Below, piece by piece: positions 18,407 through 27,546 of a stretch of 64,000 nucleotides of DNA; position 1 is the stretch's first letter; each line of letters opens with the position of its first letter. This stretch comes from Candidatus Latescibacterota bacterium (GTDB taxonomy: Bacteria; Latescibacterota; UBA2968; GCA-2709665). The position numbers were made by a program, and so were the translations under genes. The notes beneath the pieces are model-generated. The model made no database searches. It was not told where the DNA came from and was given only the letters and a program-made list of their open reading frames with translations. The stretch is from the NCBI GenBank assembly GCA_965203805.1, contig OZ241917.1, forward strand, positions 2,944,001 to 3,008,000, read 5' to 3'.

Positions 18407-19468
18407 ATGATCGAATACAAGACCGGCGACATCCTCTCCGAGCAAGCCGAAGCCCTGGTCAATACCGTCAACTGCGTAGGAGCCATGGGACGTGGCATCG
18501 CACTTCAGTTCAAACGAGCCTTTCCTGACAATTTTAAGGCGTACGCAGAGAAATGTAAGCGAAAAGAAATACAACCAGGAAAGGTGTTTGTCTTCGAAAC
18601 TGACGAACTTTTCCATCCACGTTACATCATCAACTTCCCTACCAAACGGCATTGGAAAGGCAAGAGTCGAATGGAGGATATTGAATCCGGCCTCGCGTCT
18701 CTCGCAAAGGAAATCAGGTCACACCACATTCGCTCGATCGCCATTCCCCCGCTTGGCAGTGGGCTGGGTGGGCTAAACTGGCAGGAGGTACGTACGCGTT
18801 TGGTATCCGCTCTGGACGAATTCGAAGATGTCAGAATCGTGATATTTGAACCGGGAGGCGGACCGGCTGATACGCGCCCTAACCGTTCGCGCGATGTGCC
18901 CAGGATGACCGCCGGGCGAGCCGTTTTGGTCGAACTCATGGAACGCTACAGGTCAGGCCTTATGGATCCGTTCGTAACTCTGCTTGAAGTGCATAAGCTT
19001 ATGTATTTTATGCAGGTCGCGGGTGAGCCATTGAGGTTAGAATTCGCCAAAGGCCCTTACGGACCGTATGCAGAAAACCTTCGCCATGTGCTGAACGCAA
19101 TTGAGGGGCATATGGTGAGTGGATATGAAGATGGCGGCGACGCACCCGACAAGCAACTGGAACTGGTTCCGGGCGCGCTTGCGGACGCTCGAGCGTTTCT
19201 TGAGCACAAGGCCGAAACGCGCGCTCGTTTCAATAAGGTTTCGGATCTCGTCGACGGATTCGAGTCGTCGTTCGGTCTTGAACTGCTCACAACGGTTCAC
19301 TGGATCGTCAATGAAAAGAGGGAATTTGTCTTCGACGAGATCGTTAACGACATTTACGCATGGGACAAAAGAAAGAGACAATTCTCAAAGCGTCAGATCG
19401 GGATTGGTTACCAAGTTCTGTGTGAGAAGGGCTGGATTGATCACGTCGACATGCCGGAAACCCTATGA
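18407..19468 (+). CDS. darG: Macrodomain DNA ADP-ribosyl glycohydrolase (DarG antitoxin)
   Basis: GDIL..ALVNTVNCVGAMGRGIALQFK, IINFPTKRHW, IPPLGSGLGGL; DarG C-terminal KLMYFMQ..GPYGPYA. Confidence 0.9.
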   Translation: MIEYKTGDILSEQAEALVNTVNCVGAMGRGIALQFKRAFPDNFKAYAEKCKRKEIQPGKVFVFETDELFHPRYIINFPTKRHWKGKSRMEDIESGLASLAKEIRSHHIRSIAIPPLGSGLGGLNWQEVRTRLVSALDEFEDVRIVIFEPGGGPADTRPNRSRDVPRMTAGRAVLVELMERYRSGLMDPFVTLLEVHKLMYFMQVAGEPLRLEFAKGPYGPYAENLRHVLNAIEGHMVSGYEDGGDAPDKQLELVPGALADARAFLEHKAETRARFNKVSDLVDGFESSFGLELLTTVHWIVNEKREFVFDEIVNDIYAWDKRKRQFSKRQIGIGYQVLCEKGWIDHVDMPETL

Positions 19469-22464
19469 ACACCGACACCACCGAACGCGGTCTTGAAAGT
19501 CTCATCTGCAGGTCGCTGGCCGGCGACTCGAATGAGGCGAAGCGTCCAGGCGATTCGGGTGACAGGCCCGCCACCTATAGCGCGGGGTGGCTTCACGGAG
19601 ACCCGCACGACTATGACCGTGAATATTGTGTAGACCTGAACCAACTCTCGACGTTTCTGAACCTGACCCAGCCCGGCGTTGCAAAGGCTCTGAAACTGGG
19701 TCAGGACAACCCGATCCGACGGAAGTTCCTGGCTCGCATCCAGGGCGAGATCACCAGGCGCGGAACAATTGACGTGCTGCGCCGCGGGATTAAGCACGGG
19801 CGACATCAGGTCGATCTGTTCTACGGTGCGCCTTCGCCCGGCAACGAAACAGCCAGAGCTCGGTACGAGCATAACCGATTCAGCGTCACCCGCCAACTGC
19901 AATACAGCCGTGACAAGACCCGACTCGCACTCGATTTGTGCCTGTTCATCAACGGTCTGCCGGTCGCAACTTTCGAACTCAAGAACAGCCTTACAAAGCA
20001 AACGGTGGAGGACGCAATCGAGCAGTACAAACGCGACCGCAGCCCCTCCGAAAAGCTGTTTGAGTTCGGTCGGTGCCTCGTCCACTTTGCCGTTGATGAC
20101 CACGAAGTGCGTTTCTGTACCCATCTCAACGGCAAGGCATCCTGGTTTCTGCCGTTCAACAAAGGTTGGGACGACGGCGCGGGCAACCCGCCGAATCCGA
20201 ATGGTCTGAAGACGGACTACCTGTGGAAAGAGGTGTTAACGCGCGACGGGCTGACGGACACCATCGAAAACTACGTCCAGATCGTCCGGACGAAGGATGA
20301 CAAGACAGGGCGTGTGAAACGGGAACAAATATGGCCGCGTTACCACCAGCTTGACGTCGTGCGCAGGCTGCTGTCGGATATCTATGTGTCACGAGTCGGC
20401 AGGCGCTATCTGATCCAGCACTCGGCCGGCAGCGGGAAGTCGAACTCCATCGCATGGCTTGCCCACCAGTTGATCGGTCTTAAGGAGGGCGACGCCCCAT
20501 TGGTCGATTCGATCATTGTCGTTACCGATCGCAGGGTCCTGGACCGTCAGATAAGGGACACCGTAAAGCAGTTCGCGCAGGTCGCCTCCATCGTTGGACA
20601 CGCGGATCGATCCGCAGATCTCAGCGCCTTTCTGGCGTCGGGTAAGAAGATCATCATCACGACGGTCCAGAAATTCCCCTTTGTGCTCGACAAGATCGGC
20701 GATGAACACCAGGGACGCCGGTTCGCGATCATCATCGATGAAGCCCATTCGAGCCAGGGCGGCAAGATGTCCGCTGCGGTATCCATGGCGCTGGGTGACG
20801 CCGGCGGAGACGACGATGAGGACACGACCGAGGACAAGATCAATCGACTTATGGAATCCAGGCAGATGTTGCAGAATGCCAGCTACTTCGCGTTTACGGC
20901 GACCCCTAAAAACAAAACACTCGAGATTTTTGGGGATCCTGAAGACCGAGGGGAGAACGTCGGACACGTCCCCTTCCACAGCTATACGATGAAACAGGCG
21001 ATCCAGGAAAGCTTCATCCTGGATGTGCTTGCTCACTACACGCCGGTTGCCAGTTACTACCGTCTCATGAAAAGCGTGGATGACGATCCTCTCTTTGACA
21101 CCAGGAAGGCGCAAAGAAAGCTCCGGAGGTACGTGGAATCTCACGATCACGCCATACGCCATAAGGCGGAGATCATGGTCGATCACTTTCACGACCAGGT
21201 AATTGTACGGCGAAAAATCGGGGGTCAGGCGCGGGCGATGGTGGTCACCAGCGGAGTCGAACGCGCGATTCAGTACTTCCATGCCTTCCAGGACTATCTT
21301 GAGAAACGCAAAAGTCCCTATCGTGCCATTGTCGCCTTCTCCGGCGAGCATGAGTATGGCGGCCGTAAAGTCACCGAGGCGTCGCTGAATGCCTTTCCGT
21401 CCAATCAAATCGCTGACATGATTCAAGAAGACCCGTACCGGTTCCTGATCTGCGCCGAAAAATTCCAGACCGGATACGACGAGCCGCTTCTGCACACCAT
21501 GTACGTGGACAAAGTGCTTTCCGGCATCAAGGCGGTACAAACGCTTTCGCGTCTGAACCGTGCCCATCCGCGGAAGCACGACACCTTTGTGCTGGACTTC
21601 ATGAACGATGCAGAGGAAATCAAGACGTCTTTCGAGGATTATTACCGCACTACCATTCTGGCCGAAGAGACGGACCCGGATAAACTGCACGACCTCAAGG
21701 CGAGCCTGGACGGCTGCCAGGTTTATCGATTGGAGCAGGTCGAAGAACTGGTGTCGTTGTATCTCGACGGTGCAGACAGGGACAGGCTGGATCCGATCCT
21801 GGATGCATGTGTGGCGGTGTATCGGTCCGAACTGGACGAGGATGGGCAGGTCGAGTTCAAAGGAAACGCCAAGGCTTTTTCACGGACTTACGCGTTCCTG
21901 GCGCCGATCCTGCCGTATACCAGCGTTGAGTGGGAAAAGCTCTCGATCTTCCTGAATTTCCTTATTCCGAAACTCCCACCCCCTGTAGAAGAAGATCTCT
22001 CCAAAGGCATTCTTGAGGCGATTGACATGGACAGTTACCGCGTCGAGGTTCGGGCGACAATGAAGATCGCTCTCGCTGACGAAGACGCGGAAATCGATCC
22101 CGTGCCTGCAGGCGGCGGAACCGGTAAGCCCGAGCCCGAGATCGACCACCTCAGCAATATACTGAAGACATTTAACGAACTGTTCGGGAATATCCATTGG
22201 AAGGATTCGGATAAGATCAGAAAGGTCATTGCCGAGGAGTTGCCGGAGAAGGTCGCTGCGGATACAGCTTACCGGAACGCGATGGAGAATTCGGACGAGC
22301 AGAACGCGCGCATCGAGCACGACAAGGCACTCGAGAGGGCCGTGACCGCACTGTTATCCGATCATGCCGAACTTTTCAAACAGTTCAGCGACAACGAGTC
22401 GTTCCGGCGATGGCTTTCGGAGACCAACTTTCGGACCACGTACCGGCAAACAGAAAAGGTTTGA
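19465..22464 (+). CDS. hsdR: Type I restriction endonuclease subunit
   Basis: INGLPVATFELK nuclease motif, HSAGSGKS Walker A, DEAH, FTATP, FQTGYD, QTLSRLNR. Confidence 0.97.
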   Translation: MNTDTTERGLESLICRSLAGDSNEAKRPGDSGDRPATYSAGWLHGDPHDYDREYCVDLNQLSTFLNLTQPGVAKALKLGQDNPIRRKFLARIQGEITRRGTIDVLRRGIKHGRHQVDLFYGAPSPGNETARARYEHNRFSVTRQLQYSRDKTRLALDLCLFINGLPVATFELKNSLTKQTVEDAIEQYKRDRSPSEKLFEFGRCLVHFAVDDHEVRFCTHLNGKASWFLPFNKGWDDGAGNPPNPNGLKTDYLWKEVLTRDGLTDTIENYVQIVRTKDDKTGRVKREQIWPRYHQLDVVRRLLSDIYVSRVGRRYLIQHSAGSGKSNSIAWLAHQLIGLKEGDAPLVDSIIVVTDRRVLDRQIRDTVKQFAQVASIVGHADRSADLSAFLASGKKIIITTVQKFPFVLDKIGDEHQGRRFAIIIDEAHSSQGGKMSAAVSMALGDAGGDDDEDTTEDKINRLMESRQMLQNASYFAFTATPKNKTLEIFGDPEDRGENVGHVPFHSYTMKQAIQESFILDVLAHYTPVASYYRLMKSVDDDPLFDTRKAQRKLRRYVESHDHAIRHKAEIMVDHFHDQVIVRRKIGGQARAMVVTSGVERAIQYFHAFQDYLEKRKSPYRAIVAFSGEHEYGGRKVTEASLNAFPSNQIADMIQEDPYRFLICAEKFQTGYDEPLLHTMYVDKVLSGIKAVQTLSRLNRAHPRKHDTFVLDFMNDAEEIKTSFEDYYRTTILAEETDPDKLHDLKASLDGCQVYRLEQVEELVSLYLDGADRDRLDPILDACVAVYRSELDEDGQVEFKGNAKAFSRTYAFLAPILPYTSVEWEKLSIFLNFLIPKLPPPVEEDLSKGILEAIDMDSYRVEVRATMKIALADEDAEIDPVPAGGGTGKPEPEIDHLSNILKTFNELFGNIHWKDSDKIRKVIAEELPEKVAADTAYRNAMENSDEQNARIEHDKALERAVTALLSDHAELFKQFSDNESFRRWLSETNFRTTYRQTEKV

Positions 22465-22551
22465 AGGGTCACCGGCTTCGGGTCGTGTTTGATTGTGAGG
22501 CATCGATGCGTTCTGAGCGCCGTACCGACGACAATGGGCCGGTTCACCATT

Positions 22552-22658
22552 TTGACGATGAAGGCCCCTTTTCGCATCTGAGAAGGTGCCGTTTTTGCGT
22601 TCGATGTCCTGGATTTGAGGTGATTTGATTTATGACAATACACGTCGAAGGCCAGGTC
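22552..22658 (+). repeat. 107-bp direct repeat, right copy (includes the start of the intact gene)
   Basis: Matches 3466-3572. Confidence 0.9.
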
Positions 22659-24830
22659 CGCGACGCTGCTTCCAAACGCGGACTCGAGAATGTCCCCGTT
22701 TCCAACGGGGAGCACCTGGTGCGAACGGACGCGGCCGGGCGCTACGCCCTGCAGGTCTCGCCGGATGCGCACCGGTTTGTCTTCGTCACCGTACCCGATG
22801 GCTATCGGCCCGGTGAGGGCTTCTACCGTTCGACGCTCGGGTGGACCGGTGACCAACGCGGGGTTGATTTCGACCTCGCGAGGCTGCCGGATGGGGAAAG
22901 TGAAACCTTCTCGATGGCCCATATCAGCGACACCCACGTCGTGTTGGACGAAGACCGGACGCCGGGCAGGATGTTGTCGCAGGATCTGCGGCAACTGGTT
23001 CGCGAAGCCCGCCCGGACCTGATCGTCGCGAGCGGAGACCTGACCGACTGGGGGACGCTGGAGGAACTCGAGCAATTTCGTGACGCCATCGAGAGCGTTT
23101 CGACGCCCGTATTGCCGATGTTCGGCGGGCACGACGGGAACCAGGAGCGTTTCGGCGATTTGACTGTCGACGAGCTTGTCGCATTGAAACACAAAAGAGA
23201 GTACGCGAAGATAGAGGAGATCCTGAAGCAGCGCGAAGGCGAACCCTTCACGCGCAACTATGAACAAGTACTCGGTCCCCCGTATTCCAGTTTCGATCGC
23301 GGGCGATGGCATTTTGTCCTCTATCCGAACGAGGATAATTTCTACCCGTTGCCGGACCGGAAACGTAAGGAAGACTGGCTGTGGGCGGACCTGGCGCAGC
23401 AGCCGCGGGACCGCCGCGTCGTCGTCTTCCTTCACAAACCCCCTTCGATTCCCTTCCTCTCTGCGCTGGGCCGCTATCCTGTCAGGATCGTGATGCACGG
23501 GCATTGGCACTCCAGCAAAGTGTTCACCCACAACGGGATCACTGTCGCGGCAACGCCCCCGCTCTGTTTCGGTGGTCTGGACAACCGGCCCCGGGGCTAT
23601 CGAACCGTTGAATTTCAAGGCGCGGATTTCAGGTTTCGGCTTGAGCCGCTTTCTGACGCAACAGGCCGGTCGAACTCCTCCGCGGATAAGTCGATCCCCC
23701 TCGACGACACAGGCAAGCGCCTGCGGCTTGTCTGGACGCATCAGCTTCCGGTGGGGGTGCACCGTGCGGCGCCGGTCCGTTCCGGCGATCGGATCCTGAT
23801 AAGCCTCGCCGATGAAGGAGTTCCCGCCCAAAACGGCGTCGCGTGTCTCGACGCCGGAAGCGGCGCGCAATCGTGGCGGGTGTCTACGGACACCGCTGTG
23901 AAGAACAGCGTGGCGATCCCCCCGCCTTCCGCAGCTGCAGATAATGGGACTGATCTATGCGCCGCGGTATCCGTTGCCGGGAGATTGTACGTCGTCGAAA
24001 CGGAATCGGGACGCGTTCGCTGGAAGGCAGACCTGCCGGGATATCCGGAGCGGTGGATCTATGCTTCTCCGGTCATTGCGGGCCAGATGGTGTACGCGGG
24101 CGGCAAATCCGGCTATGGGGCGTACGATCTGACAACCGGTGAGCAACGGTGGTACACGTCGCTTGAAGGCGGCGATGGGTGGCCGTGCTACGCGAGTCCT
24201 CAGGCCTGCGGCGACCTGCTCATTCTGCTCGTCCAGCGGCGGGGGCTGATGGCGCTGGACAGGCATTACGGCAAGGTCGTCTGGGAACGGACCATGGGCG
24301 TCGAGAATCCCTACGCGCGGCCCTTGGTGGACGGCGGTGTCCTGTTCACCGGCAGCGGCGCTCCGGCGCTTCACTGGTACGGGGGCGAACCGGCGCACAT
24401 GGCGGCCCTGAACGTCCATAAAGGCGAGCTGATTTGGGACCGGCCCGTTCTTCCTTCGAGATATCCAACCGGGCTGGCGATTCGGGGCGACCGGTTCTAC
24501 GCGACCACGCCGGACGGCGAGGCGCTGTGTTTCAATCTCCACACCGGCGCGTTGCAGTGGCGATTCCGGACGGGCGAGGACCTGCTGGATATGGTACCGG
24601 CGCGCCGCGGCGTCCGATCCATCCTGGCCGCGCCAGTCTTCTACAAGGACCGTCTGCTCATCGGCGGCGATGACGGTTGCCTCTACGTACTGAATGCCGA
24701 AACCGGTGCACGCATCGGCCGCGCGGCGCTCGGATCCCCGATCGCGGCCGCTCCGTGTCTCACCAATGACGGGTTTTGCGTGGGCACGTACGACGGGCGG
24801 CTGCACTGTTTCGCTGAATGTGAGGGATAG
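22632..24830 (+). CDS. Calcineurin-like metallophosphoesterase fused to PQQ-type beta-propeller repeats
   Basis: SDTH, GDLTD, GGHD, GHWH motifs; repeated D..TG...W propeller blades. Confidence 0.88.
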   Translation: MTIHVEGQVRDAASKRGLENVPVSNGEHLVRTDAAGRYALQVSPDAHRFVFVTVPDGYRPGEGFYRSTLGWTGDQRGVDFDLARLPDGESETFSMAHISDTHVVLDEDRTPGRMLSQDLRQLVREARPDLIVASGDLTDWGTLEELEQFRDAIESVSTPVLPMFGGHDGNQERFGDLTVDELVALKHKREYAKIEEILKQREGEPFTRNYEQVLGPPYSSFDRGRWHFVLYPNEDNFYPLPDRKRKEDWLWADLAQQPRDRRVVVFLHKPPSIPFLSALGRYPVRIVMHGHWHSSKVFTHNGITVAATPPLCFGGLDNRPRGYRTVEFQGADFRFRLEPLSDATGRSNSSADKSIPLDDTGKRLRLVWTHQLPVGVHRAAPVRSGDRILISLADEGVPAQNGVACLDAGSGAQSWRVSTDTAVKNSVAIPPPSAAADNGTDLCAAVSVAGRLYVVETESGRVRWKADLPGYPERWIYASPVIAGQMVYAGGKSGYGAYDLTTGEQRWYTSLEGGDGWPCYASPQACGDLLILLVQRRGLMALDRHYGKVVWERTMGVENPYARPLVDGGVLFTGSGAPALHWYGGEPAHMAALNVHKGELIWDRPVLPSRYPTGLAIRGDRFYATTPDGEALCFNLHTGALQWRFRTGEDLLDMVPARRGVRSILAAPVFYKDRLLIGGDDGCLYVLNAETGARIGRAALGSPIAAAPCLTNDGFCVGTYDGRLHCFAECEG

Positions 24831-24956
24831 ACCTGGCGGACCCGCCCGATTCAACATCGTTTTGTTATTCGCACCGGGGCAGGATTCGACCTGACAAGCT
24901 GGCAAGTAAGTGACAAAGAACTACATACTATCTCGCTTGTTCATCAAATTTCAATA

Positions 24957-24985
24957 TTGACGAATATGCAAATAAGTAGTAGATT
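24957..24985 (+). promoter_or_regulatory. Sigma70-type promoter for the AbiEi-like gene
   Basis: TTGACG, 17 bp, TAGATT; 10 nt upstream of ATG 24996. Confidence 0.55.
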
Positions 24986-24995
24986 TGTTCTGTCT

Positions 24996-25832
24996 ATGTC
25001 CACTATTCATCAATTGAGCGGGCCGGTAAGACTCAATGAATTCCTGGCGCGGCACGCCGTGTTTACAGTTGACCAGTTGGATCGCTACCTGTCCGATCGA
25101 GGATCAGACAATCCCAGCACCCGTAAATCGCTGTTGACCTATCACCGCAAGCGAGGACGGGTCGTCCGCATTCGCCGCGGGCTTTATGCGACCGTACCTC
25201 CGGGAACGGACCCGGCGTTGGCGTCGATCGATCCGTATCTCGTCGCGGCCAGGATGACCGGGGACGCGGTGCTGGCTTACCACACGGCCCTGGAGTTCCA
25301 CGGAAGGGCCTATTCCGTCCATTGGAGATTGGTTTATGTGTCGGCGAGCAAGTCGCTTCCGCTCACGTTCCAATCCCACTTATTCCGTCGTGCCCCCGTG
25401 CCGCCTCCGCTCCGGGCCAAGGGTGAGGAATCCTTCGGTGTTACATGTCAGGAGCGCTCGGGCGTAGAAACCCGCGTTACCAACCACGAAAGAACATTCG
25501 TCGATGTGCTGGACAGGCCGGATCTGACGGGAAGCTGGGAAGAGATATGGAGGTCTCTGGAGTCGGTGGAGTTCTTCGATCTGGATCAGGTTATTGAGTA
25601 TACCCGATTGCTGGAAAACGCGACGACTGCCGCAAAGGTAGGGTTCTTCCTGGAACAACACAGGGATTCTCTAATGGTTGAAGAAGCCCACCTGGATTCC
25701 CTGCGCAAGCTCCGTCCACGACAGCCCCACTACCTTGAGCGGAAGCGATCCAGGGGCTGCCAACTGGTACGGGAATGGAACCTGATGATTCCGGGAGAAA
25801 TCCTGAATCGAGACTGGGAGGAGGCGCTGTGA
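24996..25832 (+). CDS. Type IV TA antitoxin, AbiEi-family transcriptional regulator
   Basis: VRIRRGLY, LAYHTALEFHG, VTNHERTFVDVLDRP. Confidence 0.85.
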   Translation: MSTIHQLSGPVRLNEFLARHAVFTVDQLDRYLSDRGSDNPSTRKSLLTYHRKRGRVVRIRRGLYATVPPGTDPALASIDPYLVAARMTGDAVLAYHTALEFHGRAYSVHWRLVYVSASKSLPLTFQSHLFRRAPVPPPLRAKGEESFGVTCQERSGVETRVTNHERTFVDVLDRPDLTGSWEEIWRSLESVEFFDLDQVIEYTRLLENATTAAKVGFFLEQHRDSLMVEEAHLDSLRKLRPRQPHYLERKRSRGCQLVREWNLMIPGEILNRDWEEAL

Positions 25833-25903
25833 GATTCACTGCGTCCGAGGTCCTCCCCGCAGCAAGGGCCAATGGCTTCAACGAGGAAGTGAAGGAAACG
25901 TAG
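25829..25903 (+). pseudogene. 5' stub of the probable AbiEii nucleotidyltransferase toxin (24 codons)
   Basis: GTGA coupling to AbiEi with GGAGG RBS; MRFTASEVLPAARANGFNEEV then a stop. Confidence 0.55.
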
Positions 25904-25929
25904 CACGACCCGATGCCGCCAACTCCTGA

Positions 25930-26040
25930 AGCTCGGACCTTCGGGGCAGGAACCGCTATCTGTGCCTGGTGGTGAAGAGGGAGACGTCCCACGCTTTCAT
26001 CGTCACCGCATATCTCGCCCGGAAAATCAAAGGAGAGTGA
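25930..26040 (+). pseudogene. 3' remnant of a RelE-like toxin
   Basis: NRYLCLVVKRETSHAFIVTAYLARKIKGE* ends 2 nt before the DUF2283 gene; in-frame stop upstream and no start codon. Confidence 0.55.
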
Positions 26041-26042
26041 CT

Positions 26043-26468
26043 ATGGCCAGCACGAGGGTGTCTGTCTGGTACGACGACGACGGGGACATGCTCGAGGTCT
26101 TGTGGGCGTTCAGAGAGGGGTACTTCAGCCCGACCGGCGACGAACGCATCCTCAAGCGGATGAACGACGACGGTGAGGTGATCGGATTCCTGATTCACGA
26201 CGTCAGTACGCTAAAGCAGCCGGGTCCCCTTGAGTTCGAGTTGACGTCCGAGTCCCCCGCCGATGACGTCGCCAACGTCACGGTCCGACAGGCCGCGATT
26301 CGGTTGGGCGTCTCGGAACGCCGGGTGCGGAAGCTTGCCGGCGACGGCCGTGTGAAGGGGGCGACGAAGGCCGGAGGGGAGTGGTTGATTCCCACTCCTG
26401 TAAAGGTGATTCCGGGCAGGCGCGGCCCCGCCGGTGTCGCCGGACGTGTCGGTGTAATGGAGGACTGA
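26043..26468 (+). CDS. DUF2283-type antitoxin fused to an excisionase-like HTH
   Basis: VWYDDDGDMLEV...GEVIGF; TVRQAAIRLGVSERRVRKL...GGEWLIP; AAGGAG RBS. Confidence 0.8.
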   Translation: MASTRVSVWYDDDGDMLEVLWAFREGYFSPTGDERILKRMNDDGEVIGFLIHDVSTLKQPGPLEFELTSESPADDVANVTVRQAAIRLGVSERRVRKLAGDGRVKGATKAGGEWLIPTPVKVIPGRRGPAGVAGRVGVMED

Positions 26469-26487
26469 CTGAAAACCGGGAGGTATC

Positions 26488-27489
26488 ATGGCATCGCCAT
26501 TACAATCACAGCCTTGGGAACGGCCGGACACGCCGATCTTCAGCAATTCTCCGCCGCCCCAGCCATGGATGAAATGCAATATCTACTGTCCGCGTGTCAT
26601 TTACGCCGAAGGCAAGTACCGAATGTGGTTCAGCGGGTCGGCGGTGCGCCCCACGCTGTATCGAACGTGTATCGGATACGCCGAATCGGACGACGGCCTC
26701 GCATGGACGCTCCACCCCGACAATCCGATTCTGACGGCCGACGGTCTTGCATGGGGTCAGAGCCTGCATACCCCCAGAGTGCTGTACGACGAGGACGAGC
26801 AACATTACAAGATGTGGTTCCTGAGCACGACCCACGTGGAGTATCGAGACGACGGCATCCTCGCGAAGGATATCCGGAGCGACATGGGTTACGCGACCAG
26901 CAGGGACGGAATCCGCTGGGATTTCTGGCCCGAGCCCCTGATCCGGGAATGCCGGGCGCCGTGCGTTCACAAGGAAGACGGCCGCTATCGTATGTGGCTC
27001 AACGCCAGGCCCAATCCGGAGGACTCGTGGGAAACGGCCTATGGATACGTGTATGAATACAAGTCGGAGGACGGGATCGGCTGGATCCGGCGTGAACACC
27101 CGGCGGTTCAGGCAACGGGCAACACGAAGTCGTGCGTCTATCCGGAAGTTCATAAGATCAATGGGACGTATTACATGTGGCATATCGGACATCTGAAGAA
27201 GAAGGACGGTCCGATGAATATGGTCTACCACGAGATCTTCTGCGATACGTCGACAGATGGAATTAACTGGACGCTGAATCACCAGACCCCCGCGTTTGCC
27301 GCCTCGAGGGATCTGGAACGTTTCGACTGGAAGACGGTATCGACGCCGTGCGTGGTGGATATCGGCGACAGGTTGCGGCTGTATTACGCGGGGTGCAATC
27401 TGAAGACGAATTTTAATCTGTTCGAGGGCGGTGACAACGGCGAGGGGATGCACATCGCCGTGGCGACGATGCCCAGAGACGAACTGTAG
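26488..27489 (+). CDS. Five-bladed beta-propeller glycosidase-like protein (GH32/43/130 type)
   Basis: Repeated Y.MW(F/Y)...GYA.S.DG..W blades. Confidence 0.75.
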   Translation: MASPLQSQPWERPDTPIFSNSPPPQPWMKCNIYCPRVIYAEGKYRMWFSGSAVRPTLYRTCIGYAESDDGLAWTLHPDNPILTADGLAWGQSLHTPRVLYDEDEQHYKMWFLSTTHVEYRDDGILAKDIRSDMGYATSRDGIRWDFWPEPLIRECRAPCVHKEDGRYRMWLNARPNPEDSWETAYGYVYEYKSEDGIGWIRREHPAVQATGNTKSCVYPEVHKINGTYYMWHIGHLKKKDGPMNMVYHEIFCDTSTDGINWTLNHQTPAFAASRDLERFDWKTVSTPCVVDIGDRLRLYYAGCNLKTNFNLFEGGDNGEGMHIAVATMPRDEL

Positions 27490-27546
27490 AGTCCACGCTC
27501 GGGGGAACGCCAGATCGAAAGAACGGGTGGTGCGACAGGAAACGGG

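Noticed and set aside
7793-19468. Canonical Thoeris (TIR + macrodomain ThsA) or a complete DarTG system
   Set aside because: The macrodomain gene is DarG-type, has no TM helices and is 10 kb from the TIR; no SIR2/SLOG ThsA or DarT is visible
3573-22551. Prophage or ICE
   Set aside because: No integrase, structural, relaxase or conjugation genes are present in the interval
20389-23870. Long antisense ORFs (20389-21690, 22362-23870)
   Set aside because: Shadow frames of hsdR and the phosphoesterase gene in GC-rich DNA, with no recognisable motifs
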